A DNA stretch of 64,000 nt from Guillardia theta CCMP2712 (taxonomy: Eukaryota; Protista; Cryptophyta), in assembly GCF_000315625.1 (NCBI RefSeq), contig NW_005434614.1, positions 96,412 to 160,411 of the forward strand, in the 5' to 3' direction. Position 1 is the stretch's first letter; the number at the start of each line of letters is the position of its first letter. The translations under genes and the position numbers were made by a program. The notes under the pieces were generated by a model. That model saw only the letters and a program-made list of their open reading frames with translations. It had not been told where the DNA came from and ran no database searches. Of the stretch, positions 38,288 through 49,049 are shown piece after piece.

Positions 38288-40108
38288 ATGCGATCCTCCC
38301 TCGTGCTCGCCATCCTTCTGCTTTTCCAATCCAACACCGTTGACACGCTCAGTGAGAGCTTGAACACCCCAGCTAAGAGTTCAACATCCAGTTCCTTACA
38401 ATCTGCCAAGTCAAAGTTCTTTCCGGTCCTTCGCAGCAAAGCAGCAGGTGCAACAGACCTCAGGCATGGCCTCGCGACGGCCCTGCCGGTGGGAAGCACG
38501 TCAGTCAAGGGAGGGAATACAGATCAGGCCGCCGTAAATCTGTTCAACTCCAAGGTGGGTGAAAACGGCGGCTTCTTATCCAAGGTCTGGCATGCAAGAC
38601 ATCACCTCCTGGCCGGTGCCATCGTGAGTGGCCCCTGCTCGCTCTCGCTCCCTCCCGTCGTGACCATTCCGACAGGGGAGATGTGTGGCTGTATCGGTCA
38701 TGTTTCCTGTGGACACCATTAAGACGAGGCTTCAGCTCAACGGAGCTCAATGCTGCACTCCTACCCAGTGGTCGGAGGTAACCTGAGGACGGGGGGGCGG
38801 CGGCCATGGGCGCTGAATGTGACCCGCCAGGCTATCAAGAGGCCCTTGTTCCGGGGACTGTCGTCCTCCCTCCTAGGCCAAGTTCCCAACGGCATGCTCG
38901 TGTACGGCAGTTACGAAGTCTACAAGAGGGAGCTAACAGAAAAGTTTCCGTCTCTTACCGCCACACAGGCACGCTCTCGTCCCACTCTCCCCTCCTCGTC
39001 CTCCCTGTGCCGAGCCTCCCTCTCGTGCTGCCACCCTGTTGCTTGCTGCCATGGCTTCTTCACTATCTTGCTGCCATCTCTTCTCTTCACTCTCATGTCT
39101 CTTCACTCTTCTGTCTCTCCATGTCATCGTCCGTTCACACTGCGGCAGGTGAGGCTGATCGCAGCCATGCTCGGGGACGTAACGGGATCAATCTGGCTGG
39201 CGCCGTTCGAGCGCACGAAACAACGCGTACAGGTGACCTCTACCTCCTCTTCGCCTCCATCTCCTGACCCTCGATGCAAGGCTGGCTTGTACTCCGGCAT
39301 GCGGCAAGGGATCAGGTCCACGGTGGCAGACAAGGGGATCTTCGGACTGTATACGGGATACAAGGCGCAGGTGCTACGGGACATGTCCTTTCATGCCATC
39401 CAGCTGCCCCTCTACGAGGCGATCAAGGACTTTTGGCTGAGGAAGATCTCCCGTCCGAGCTCAGGCGATCAAGGCTCTTGGAAGAATGCTGCGCGCAAGC
39501 TGCAGCCGTGGGAGAGCATGACGGTGGGGGCGATCGCTGGCGCGACCTCAGGTGGGGAGGGAGGAGGGGTTGCTTTGCTCGGGTTGACCATCAGCAGGAG
39601 CATTGACTACACCCATTGATGTTCTCAAGACTCGCCTCATGGCATCTTCTCCTATGTCGGCATCCATAGGTAACGGCCATCTGCATCGAACTGATGTCCC
39701 TTCTCAGTTCTCCTTTCTCTGTCTTCTATACCTCTCTCCTTTCTCTGTCTGCTATACCTCTCTTCTCTCTCTGTCTCCTATACCTCTCTCCTCTCTTGAT
39801 TCCTGAGGGTAACAAGGGTCCTTCCAGGGAGCATGCGGCAGGTGCTGGTGCAAGTACTAGTGACAGAGGGTGTGCTCGGGCTCACGGCGGGGCTGCCCCA
39901 GAGGTGAGGGAGAGGGAGGAGCGAGAGGGATGCTTGACTCTGCGACAGGGCGGCATACATCGCCTGCGGTAGCGCTATCTTCTGGACTGTCTTCGAGCAG
40001 GTTAGCAAGCCATGCCGAGGCGCGAAATGGCGCTTATGGCTGGTATAGGTCTGCCACAGGATCTATCTTGTGGAGCAGCGAGCCAAGACGAGGCAGCAAG
40101 TGATGTGA
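38288..40108 (+). CDS. Mitochondrial carrier family protein, S-adenosylmethionine-carrier-like, with signal peptide and long N-terminal extension
   Basis: Three Px[DE]xx[KR] signatures (FPVDTIKTRL, APFERTKQR, TPIDVLKTRL), plus HLLAGAI and LRDMSFHAIQLPLYE. N-terminus MRSSLVLAILLLFQS followed by a Ser/Lys-rich stretch. Confidence 0.9.
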
Positions 40109-40234
40109 TTTGAGATGCCGCTTTCCCTCACACCTGTACATTACTGTCTCTCTCTCATCCTCCCTGCCTTCGTCCTCCTTGAGTGAATTTTGCATGGCAA
40201 ACGTTCTTGCGCGCCTCCATCTCCATCACGCCGC

Positions 40235-40720
40235 TCAGAGAGTGGCGATGGTGAAAGCAGCATCCACCCACTCGAAAAGATCGTTCTCAAGCTTCCCTCC
40301 GAGGTGATCTCCACTCTGGAAGTACTCGTCTTCCCTGTGTTTGTCAAGAAAGTCTTGCGCGCCCCCCGTCTGCTCAGGGGTCATGGTGGCGGGACTCCAG
40401 GCCTCCATGGCCGATACGAGAGAGGCACCATCTCTGATCGTGCTCCACGTGTTGTCACCGAGAAGAAGCTTGAGAGCGAAGAGCACGACGACTACTGGCT
40501 GCGTCCCGGGAGTGTCGACGATGTCGCTGTTGTTGGTCAAGGACGCGCCGAACCGGTCGAGGTCGGCCGAAGCCTTGATGGCCTTGAGGGCATCAGCGAG
40601 GGCCTTCTGAGCGAGCACGACGAGCTGAGAGGAGGCAGCTCTTATCGCCTCGTCCCTTCCCATCATCGGCGTCTCCTCCTCCTCCATCGCCTCTTCCGCG
40701 TTCCGCTTCCCCCCTGCCAT
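40235..40720 (-). CDS. Intronless ~161-aa protein resembling a stand-alone dynein stalk microtubule-binding domain
   Basis: AQKALADALKAIKASADL..PVVVVLFALKLLLGDNTWSTIR..LVSAMEAWSPATMT..LFEWVDA. The ORF is clean; the domain resemblance is by eye only. Confidence 0.5.
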   Translation of the reverse strand: MAGGKRNAEEAMEEEETPMMGRDEAIRAASSQLVVLAQKALADALKAIKASADLDRFGASLTNNSDIVDTPGTQPVVVVLFALKLLLGDNTWSTIRDGASLVSAMEAWSPATMTPEQTGGAQDFLDKHREDEYFQSGDHLGGKLENDLFEWVDAAFTIATL

Positions 40721-41632
40721 TGCGGCCAATGGATGGAACCGCGATAGATGGTATACCAGAGATGCGATGGGATGCAGATCCTGATGATCAATGCAGATGG
40801 GATCAGGGATGGGATGTGTAATCAGATGTGTAATCAGATGTGTAATGTTGAGCAGAATGTTGAGGGGGATGAAGACTACCCGGCGCATGTCGGCTATGGG
40901 AGGCAGAAGGTCGAGCAAGAGGAGAAGGCTGGAGGGATCAGACACGAAGACAGAGAGAGAGAATACGAATACGACGGAAGCTATGCGAGTACGGGCGGCA
41001 CCGATCCAATGCAAGAAAATGCGGGGGCGGCAGCATATGCGAGCACGGGCGGCAGCGATCACAATGCAAGGGATGCGGGGGGAGGAGCAGAAGGTACGAG
41101 GAGGCGAGGAGCTGATCAGGTGTGAACATGATCTTGCAGTTGCGCCTGCTGGGCAGGCTTAGACGGTGGTGAGGATGATGTGCGATGGGAGATGGATGAC
41201 GAGCATGCGGGCGCGTGCTCTGCGTCGATCATGCAGGGGCACTTGGATGCTGTCGGCTGGTCCTTGGACATTGACTCGGAGGAGGGACAGCAACTTCCCG
41301 CCCCACGTGAGATGGTGCGTTATTGACAACAACGAAGAGCTCTTGCAGGCAGACCTGGACATTGGGACTAAGGCGGGGGAGGGGAGGGAGGGACTTCCAC
41401 GGCATGTGGGAGTAGGGCAGCTAGCCGGACCTCTACACCGATCACAACAGCGGGTCTTGGAGTCACAACACGAGCAGGAGGAGATGTAATGAACGCCTTG
41501 CCTCTAGTAGCACAGCGGCTACGGAGACCGAAGGCGCTTGGGGTCCCTTGAGGAGGGTCAGTAGATGGTGCAAGTAGATGTACTGGCAGTGCCGTAGACC
41601 AGCTTGATTGAACTACCGCTGCTCATCTCTTG

Positions 41633-42178
41633 TCAAGCTTCAGCTGGGGTTGAGGACTGAACTCAATTCTGACTCAACTTCGCAACGCCTGTTCACTTGC
41701 CCCCGGACTGAATCGGCCTTCCACTTGCTCCCCTGCTGCCCGGCCGGGGAGTTACTGGTTAGGCTGCTCATCTCTTGTCGAGATCGGCTCGTTTCCCTGC
41801 TTGAGCTTCTTGAGCTGGCCTGAGTGAGCCCGACAAGTCAGGCTGCCTCTTGTGTTGACCAGCCCTATCCACTATGTTCTTGGATCGAGATGGCAGTGAG
41901 ACTGAAGGGGATCTCCCCCGCATGATGGGGGAGGCTGTTCCAATCATCGGGGCTGCGATGTCGTACTTCTCACTGAGCCAACTGACCCGGACTCAACCCA
42001 GTCTCGCACTCAACTAGAGCCAAGACTCATCGGGTGACTCTCAAGCTTCAGCTGGGGTTGAGGACTGAACTCGATTCTGACTCAACGTCTGTTCACTTGC
42101 CCCCGGACTGAACCCGCCTTCCACCTGCTCCCCTGCTGCCCGGCGGCAGGTTGTGCTGCCGGGGGGATACTGGTTAGG
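41633..42178 (+). repeat. Pair of ~130-140-bp imperfect direct repeats (41633-41763 and 42041-42178)
   Basis: Both begin TCAAGCTTCAGCTGGGGTTGAGGACTGAACTC and end TACTGGTTAGG. Confidence 0.92.
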
Positions 42179-42369
42179 ATCCGACCTAACCAGTGACTAC
42201 TGGCCCTGAGGGCCCTGATCGGATCAGAATTCATTAAAAACTGGCTAATTGACACATGATGACCCAGAAACTATGTCGAAAAGATGTTATGGTCAATACC
42301 CATACACATGAAAAATGATCATCATACTATGTATCATTTGAGAATCGCTACCATCGGTATCATGTTTCA

Positions 42370-42973
42370 TTGAACCAGAAAGGTCCATCTGAGCCAATGA
42401 TTGCCCATGGAAGTGCCTCTTTCATTGCTGGTGAAAGGAATGAAAAGACCGTCCCCGTTCGATGGAACAAACAACATCAGTGCCGCAAAGCTTTCAGACG
42501 CGTGTTTGATGTTGATGAGAAACATACGACAGTCACAATTCAAGTAATCAGTTATTTGAGTATATATCATATCCGACCATAACTTAATATAGTCGGTTTA
42601 TTGATGTGGTAGCAAACTGTCATCGATGTGGTACAAAATTACAAGATTTCAGACGTGTTCACTGTCTTCAGGGGTGGTGTATTTCATCTCGAGGGACGGG
42701 CGGTGCGAGGGTTGAAATGGAGTTGGTTCATCAAATGTTTCAAAACTCGCATTGTGTCTGGTGACATGAATGCTGCAATGAACATTCTGGACAGAGAAAG
42801 AGAGTTTCACGTGTAGTCATGGTCACTGAACTTGCGATGCTCTACATTTGTACGAACATTGGACGAGGAGGACTTGAAAACGAGTTTTCCGAATAACCCT
42901 TCTTCGATGTATCAAAAATTTTGATTTCTGAAATCTTCTTTCAAAATATTCATCGTTGTCGTTTAAAGGTTAA
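42370..42973 (+). pseudogene. Degenerate Fanzor/TnpB-like RuvC nuclease C-terminal fragment plus AT-rich 3' flank
   Basis: IAHGSASF..GE..VP..VDEKHTT (RuvC-II), CHRCGTKL (Zn finger), VRGLKW..C, GDMNAAMNIL (RuvC-III). The frame is broken and the N-terminus/RuvC-I is absent. Confidence 0.75.
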
Positions 42974-42994
42974 TGAGGGAAAGTCAGCTCAGCT

Positions 42995-45652
42995 CTACTG
43001 CTCGTAGCCTCCCAGGGCCACGTACCCCTCCTTCATGCTCTCATACGCCTTCACCGCTCGCTCCGCCCGCTGCTGCTTCGCCGCCGCCCTCGCCGCCGCC
43101 TGCAACATGAGTGAGACAGTGAGACAGTGAGCGTCAAGAGAGGAAGAGGGGAGAGAGGGTGGGAGAAAGGAGCGGGGGGAGCTGGAGGGAGAAGAGTGAA
43201 GGGAGGAGGAAGGGAGAAGGGAGGAGGAGGCAGGGAAGGGAGATGGAAGAGGAGGAAGGGAAAAGGGGGTTGGGGAGGGAGGGGAAGGCGAAGAACCTTG
43301 TCGAGCGTTGGGTCGATGGAATCATCCTCGATCTCATCGCCTACAGCCAGGCCGAGTTTGCACCAGTTGACGCGACGCTCCTGCAAGAACAGTCAGAAGG
43401 AGGAGGGGAATGGTCATTGGGAACTAGACCCCGCTTCGTTTGGTGAACCTCTCCTCGCGCTCCTCTCCAAGCTCGTGCGAGGCTTGCAAGAGGAGCAGAT
43501 CAAAGACTCAGTACGTGACGTGCTAGTGGAGGCTCAACAGCACGCCACGTCCAAACCGTCAAATCGCTTTTCGTGCTGGCGTTCCAGACTCGTTGGTGCA
43601 GGGGAGGAAAGGGAGAGCGCAAACTTTTCTTGATCATGATGCGAGTTCTGTACAAATATTTCCCCTCAGTGGTGCTCGAGCTTCTCNNNNNNNNNNNNNN
43701 NNNNNNNNNNNNNNNNNNNNNNNNNNNNNNNNNNNNNNNNNNNNNNNNNNNNNNNNNNNNNNNNNNNNNNNNNNNNNNNNNNNNNNNNNNNNNNNNNNNN
43801 NNNNNNNNNNNNNNNNNNNNNNNNNNNNNNNNNNNNNNNNNNNNNNNNNNNNNNNNNNNNNNNNNNNNNNNNNNNNNNNNNNNNNNNNNNNNNNNNNNNN
43901 NNNNNNNNNNNNNNNNNNNNNNNNNNNNNNNNNNNNNNNNNNNNNNNNNNNNNNNNNNNNNNNNNNNNNNNNNNNNNNNNNNNNNNNNNNNNNNNNNNNN
44001 NNNNNNNNNNNNNNNNNNNNNNNNNNNNNNNNNNNNNNNNNNNNNNNNNNNNNNNNNNNNNNNNNNNNNNNNNNNNNNNNNNNNNNNNNNNNNNNNNNNN
44101 NNAGGTGGAGGGGGAATCGGACATTGCTGGCCAGGAACAGGAGGGGAATCGAAGAGGAGCAGCAGGAAGAGGAGGGGAATACGAAGAGGAGGAGCAGGAA
44201 GAGGAGGTGGAATACGAAGAGAGGGAGGGAGGGGGTGGCGGGGGGGGTGGGAGGGAGGAAGGAGGAGGGAGCCAGGGAGGAGGAGGAAGCCACTGACCTC
44301 GCCGATGGCTCCTCCGACAGTAGCAGGGGGTGGGAAAATGTTGTGGGTAGCGAGAGCCATCGGGTAGAAATGAGTCTGCGAGCCAGTGAGGTTAGAGCCG
44401 CATCGCTTCTGCTTCCTCCATCCGCCTCCCTCCCTCCCTCCTCCTCCTCCCTCCCTCCTCCTTCTGCTCCACCACAACCATCATCACCACCACAGCTTTA
44501 TCACCTTCTTGAGGGCACCAGCTCCTTCAGCGACCAGTCGCACCATCTCAATCGCGTTGGGGTCAAAGGGAGACAACTCGACCTTGATGAACAGTCAGAT
44601 TCAACTCGATCCATCCATCCATCCATCCCCCTCCTCCTCTTCCACTGCCTCTCCCTTCCTCCTCCTCCTCCTCCTCCTCCTCTCCCTTCCCCTCCACCTC
44701 ATGTTTGGCTCCTCCCTCGTCCTTGTTCTCCTCCTCTCAACCTCTTTACTTCTCTCCCTCCTCCTACCTTGCCGGTCTCGGCACTGCGGCGGTCACGCCC
44801 ACCGGACGGGGCGAACCACATGCAGGTTCCGCCCAGCGCGAACATCTCGCCAAGCTGCACGTAATGAGCACAAGAATGAGGGCGGGGGAGGAGGAGGAGT
44901 AGGAGGAGGACGGGGGGGTGGAAGGAGGAGAGGGAGGGGGGGGGGGGGGAGGGAGGAGGAGGAGGAGGAACACCTTCTTGAGGGTCTTCTGGTTGTGTCC
45001 CATCTTGGCCATCTTCAGCTCAGGTTCGGAGTCGATGTGCTTCTTGGAGTAGACCTTCCTCGCTCGTCAGCGACTCCAGCTGCAGCTTCTGCTGGGGACT
45101 TACCGTGAGGAGGTTGCAGCCGCGGGAGAAGGGGACGACGATCGCGTCGCGGAGGACTCTCTCACCTGCCCCGGCCGTCAGGTCCCAGCAGGAAGGAGGA
45201 GGGTGTCAAAACTCACCTGCCATGAAGACGATCTGGGAGGCGATCTTGCCGTACTCCGGGCCCAGCTGGTCCTCAAGGCTGGCATAGCTTGTCACGGAAC
45301 AGGGGGGACGAGCAGGGGAGACAACAGGGTGAAGATGCAGTGAGTGTCGCTCTCAGACTGATGGTTGGACAGGAAGACTACGTTCTCCCCAGCCTGTCCC
45401 ATTCATGTCAGACCCTTCGCGGCTCCTCCCAATCCCGCCTCCCGCCGCCTCCCCCCAACTTCTTTCCGCTTCCTCTTCCTCCTCTTCTTTGACCTCCATC
45501 CGCCGGCATTCCACCGCAAATTTTCACCACCTCCTCTACTGTGCTCTTCTTCCCTTGCCCTCTCCCTCTCGTCACCTCGAGTTGCGCCTTGATCTTCTGC
45601 AGGTTGTGTGCTCCGACGATCCTTCGAGCGAGTCACGGCAGGCACAGCAGGG

Positions 45653-45701
<49 letters not shown>

Positions 45702-47693
45702 AAGGTGGGGAGGGAGGAGGAGGAGCATGAGGAGAATTTACTTCGTCTCGTCCCAGTCCACCAGAGGCCTCGTGAAGTCGATTCCGAAGGCCTAACGTAG
45801 CACATGAGGATACCAAACTACACGATCCTGCCACCGTGCCTGCCGCCCAAACTAGCCCCATCTCTTCCAACCTTCTCTCCTTCAATCTCCTCCTCCATCT
45901 TCCTCCTCCCTCCTTACCCCCCTGCTACCTGGTAGTTGAAGAACTGGCTGTCGGAGTGATGATAGTTGTGCGGCTCGTAGTGCTTGCCCGTCACCTGATC
46001 GCTGTCACCACCGAAGGCCAGCTGATTGTCCATCAGAGTCCCGCGTACCTTGTTGTTGCTGTCGAAGTAGTGGGGGCGCTTCCTTTCCTTACGAACCTGC
46101 TCCCTGTCAGCCTCCTCTCCACCACCAGCTGCTCGCACCAGCTCGGTGAGGGTGGCAAAGTAGTCATCGACTGCGAACTTCTTGTCTTCATCCACCTTGG
46201 CGGGGGCCTGACAACAAGAACAAGTCAGGACTACACACACTACCTCGTCCGCAGTTTCGACACCCCTCCCGCCACCCCCTCCACCTACCCCCCGTCACCC
46301 CCCTTTCCCCTTTCCCCCTCTTCCTCCTCCTCCTTCCCCTTCCCTGCTTTCCACCGCTTTCTTTTCCCCTCTGTGCCCACCCCCCACTACACACACACCG
46401 CCCTCACCTCCTCGAACTCCTCCTCTACCCTCTGTCCTTCTTCCTTCCTCTTTCCCCTCTCTTCCTATTCCTTCCCTTTCCCCCCCTCCCCTCCCGCCCG
46501 AAGAAGCACCTTGGATAGCGCATCCTTGTAGTTCTGGCACCAGTTCAAGATGATGTCTCCTGTGAGCTGGTCAGACCTCTCCTCTCCTCGAGTGCAAGCA
46601 CATACCATCACTCTTCAGCAGCTCTCCGTCCGCCACGTACTTCTCGATCTTGAGCAAACATCACCCAAGTAGCATCTCACGGACTCTCTCTCGCACCCTC
46701 TTGTCCAGCGGCATTTCGTCCTTGGGCAGCATGAACTGGCACTCTTCTCGCAGTTGAGTCTGACAAGACCTCGTCAACCCCCTCCTCCTCTCACGTGAGC
46801 CTCCTCCTCTCTCCTCTCCTCCTTCGTCTCCTCCTCCTCTCTCCTCTCCTCCTTCGTCTCCTCCTCCTCTCTCGTCTCCTCCTCCTCCTCTCTCCTCTCC
46901 TCCTCCTCTCTCGTCAACGCTCTACATCACCTGCACGCCGATCTTGCGAGCTGCAGGTCGGAAAGGATTCTCAGTCGAAAGCTTCGCAGCCGGCGACGCC
47001 ACCATGCGAGGGGCGCGGAGGGAGTAGCGAGACTTCTCCGCGCGAGAGAAGGAGGCAACGTTGGCATGGTGAGCTGAAGAAGCTTGTCAGATGGTGCAGC
47101 AAGCGCATGCATCCTCAAACCTGAGAACAGAGACGAGGGGGAGAAGGCCTGAAGCAAACAGGGTTACAAGGTGAAGATACCCTACCACCGCTCTCTCAGT
47201 CACTGTTGCGGTCGCAGGCAAGCACTCAACACACTCTTCACTACTCTATCTCTGTCTCGTTCTATAACGCAAACTATAAGATGTAAGGCATATCCTGACG
47301 GCTGTCATGACAGGAAGTCCGTTGCACGATTCGAGTCGCTGCTACCCCTCCGTGCTAAAGGTAGAGCGTCTTCTGCACTCTCCTTTTTTCATTATCCTCT
47401 TTCTTTCGTTTCGTTCAGTAGCTTCTATTCCTTATCCCCATCCTCAGGTTCTGCTGACACCCTCGGTGCAAGCAAACAGCTCCATCAGGGATCCTGGAGT
47501 GTTCATCGCCTGACTTGCTTCTGCTCTATCTCATAATTCCAGCAGAGCTGCAACATCAACGACTTCCTCTCTCTTTCCACTCTTCATCTTCTACCTTTCG
47601 TCCTCTCTCTTATCCTCCTCCTCCTCCTCCTCCTCCTCTTACCTCTGCCGCCATGGCCATGGCCATAGCCATAGCCACCTTCCAGGAGGCCAT
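42995..47693 (-). CDS. Plastid glycerol-3-phosphate acyltransferase (ATS1-type GPAT) with bipartite presequence; multi-exon; spans the N gap within an intron
   Basis: NVVFLSNHQSESD (HxxxxD), VFMAGERV..VPFSRGCNLL, VYSKKHI, WFAPSGGRDRR, THFYPMAL..NIFPPP..IGE-ERRV. N-terminus MASWKVAMAMAMAMAAE|AFSPSSLF is a signal peptide plus Phe-initiated transit peptide (splice inferred). Confidence 0.92.
43390..43686 (+). pseudogene. Fragment of a DUF2828-like gene antisense within a GPAT intron, abutting the gap
   Basis: GEPLLALLSKLVRGL, then after a frameshift LAFQTRWCRGGKGERKLFL..LYKYFP. Confidence 0.55.
43687..44102. other. Assembly gap (416 N)
   Basis: Direct observation. Confidence 1.
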
Positions 47694-49049
47694 GATCGCA
47701 ACCAGACCACCCCCACCCCTCGGACCGCATCAAATTCGAGCCTACCCCTCCTGGATTGTTTATGCCTCAAGTCCCGAATGTCGGGATCACCCTGACCCCC
47801 AAGTTTTAGGGCAAAACCACCCCTACAATAGATACTTGCTTTCTCTTACCAAACTACAACTACCCCTACCCCACTCCATCAGAGCTTTTTGCTGGCAACT
47901 GACCCCTGCTTGCGAACTCGAATACCCCCACCCTCATATCCAGCTTCAACCCACCCGACCCTAAGGGGGTGGGTTATTTGGACCCGGAGCTGCCGGGCCC
48001 GGGCATGAATCGGCCGCCGGCCCGGGGAACTTTCCGAATAAATAACCGTCGAATAACGGTCTGGTAGGTCAATATCCCGGCAGCTGCGACACCCCTGTTT
48101 TCCGGTTATCACCGATCTGTAACCGTCATAACGGCCATTATGTCCCTTTGACCGGAGTCACTCTGAACCTTGTCTTGTTCCGAGTGGGGGGTGGGTACCC
48201 ACATGTAGGTGGTGGGCCGCTGATATCCCAGATACTACTAGCGGAAATATGGGGGTGAAGACAGGGGAACATGGGGGTGTCAAGTTTTGTCGGCTTGATA
48301 AGATAGGGTGGGGTACTAGGCAAAGAAGGATAAAACTAGGCAGGGGTGAGAGGGGTTTGATACCCAATGAAAGCGATACCGCTGTCGTAGTGTGGCCACA
48401 AAGAGTGTAGAAGAGGAGGGGAGGAGGATGAACGAGGGAGGAGAGGAGTAGAAGAAGTAGGTAGAGGACGGGGATGAGGGAAGACTCATATGATTATGTT
48501 GAGGAGATTTCACGAGATGAGGGTACAGGCAGAGAAAATTGTAGCATGAAATCGATTTAAGATTTTTTCAAGACAAGGAGACATGGACATAGCGCAGGTT
48601 CGACACAGCACAAGGGAAGAAGCTTTGATTCAGTGTGTGGAAGAATTTTCGTAACGAGAGAATCAGAGATCTCCCGAAGAAGGAATCAGAGGTCCGGGCA
48701 TAGGATTTCAAGAAATGATGAATGGATGAGTTACTAGAGTTGAAAGAGTGGAATACAAGTCATCCTCAGACTTGGATGAGAGGGCTTCAGGTGAGGCAGA
48801 ATAGATGACAACAAAGAAAGAGAAAGTATGGGTTGTCTCTTGAGGAACAAGTCTCGTCCCTCAAACCTTATGTTTGGTTGACTGGAGTCCTGAGACGACG
48901 AAGGGGACAAAATCGCGTTCAACCCTCCGTATCCTGACACTCGACATGGTTGCAGGAGATAGGAGGCGCGGTGAAGCAGAGCATGAATGTTTGAGATGTC
49001 TTGGGAATGTTGATCTCAATGAGCTATTGAGACCTCCCCGCCTCTTACA

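Noticed and set aside
42234-42237. Left TTAA as the TSD partner of the Fanzor element
   Set aside because: No inverted-repeat match to the right end, and the nuclease N-terminus is missing, so this looks like a truncation point.
48828-48881. MGC myristoylation-type start for the kinase
   Set aside because: The frame closes after 17 codons and a splice to the main ORF could not be established.
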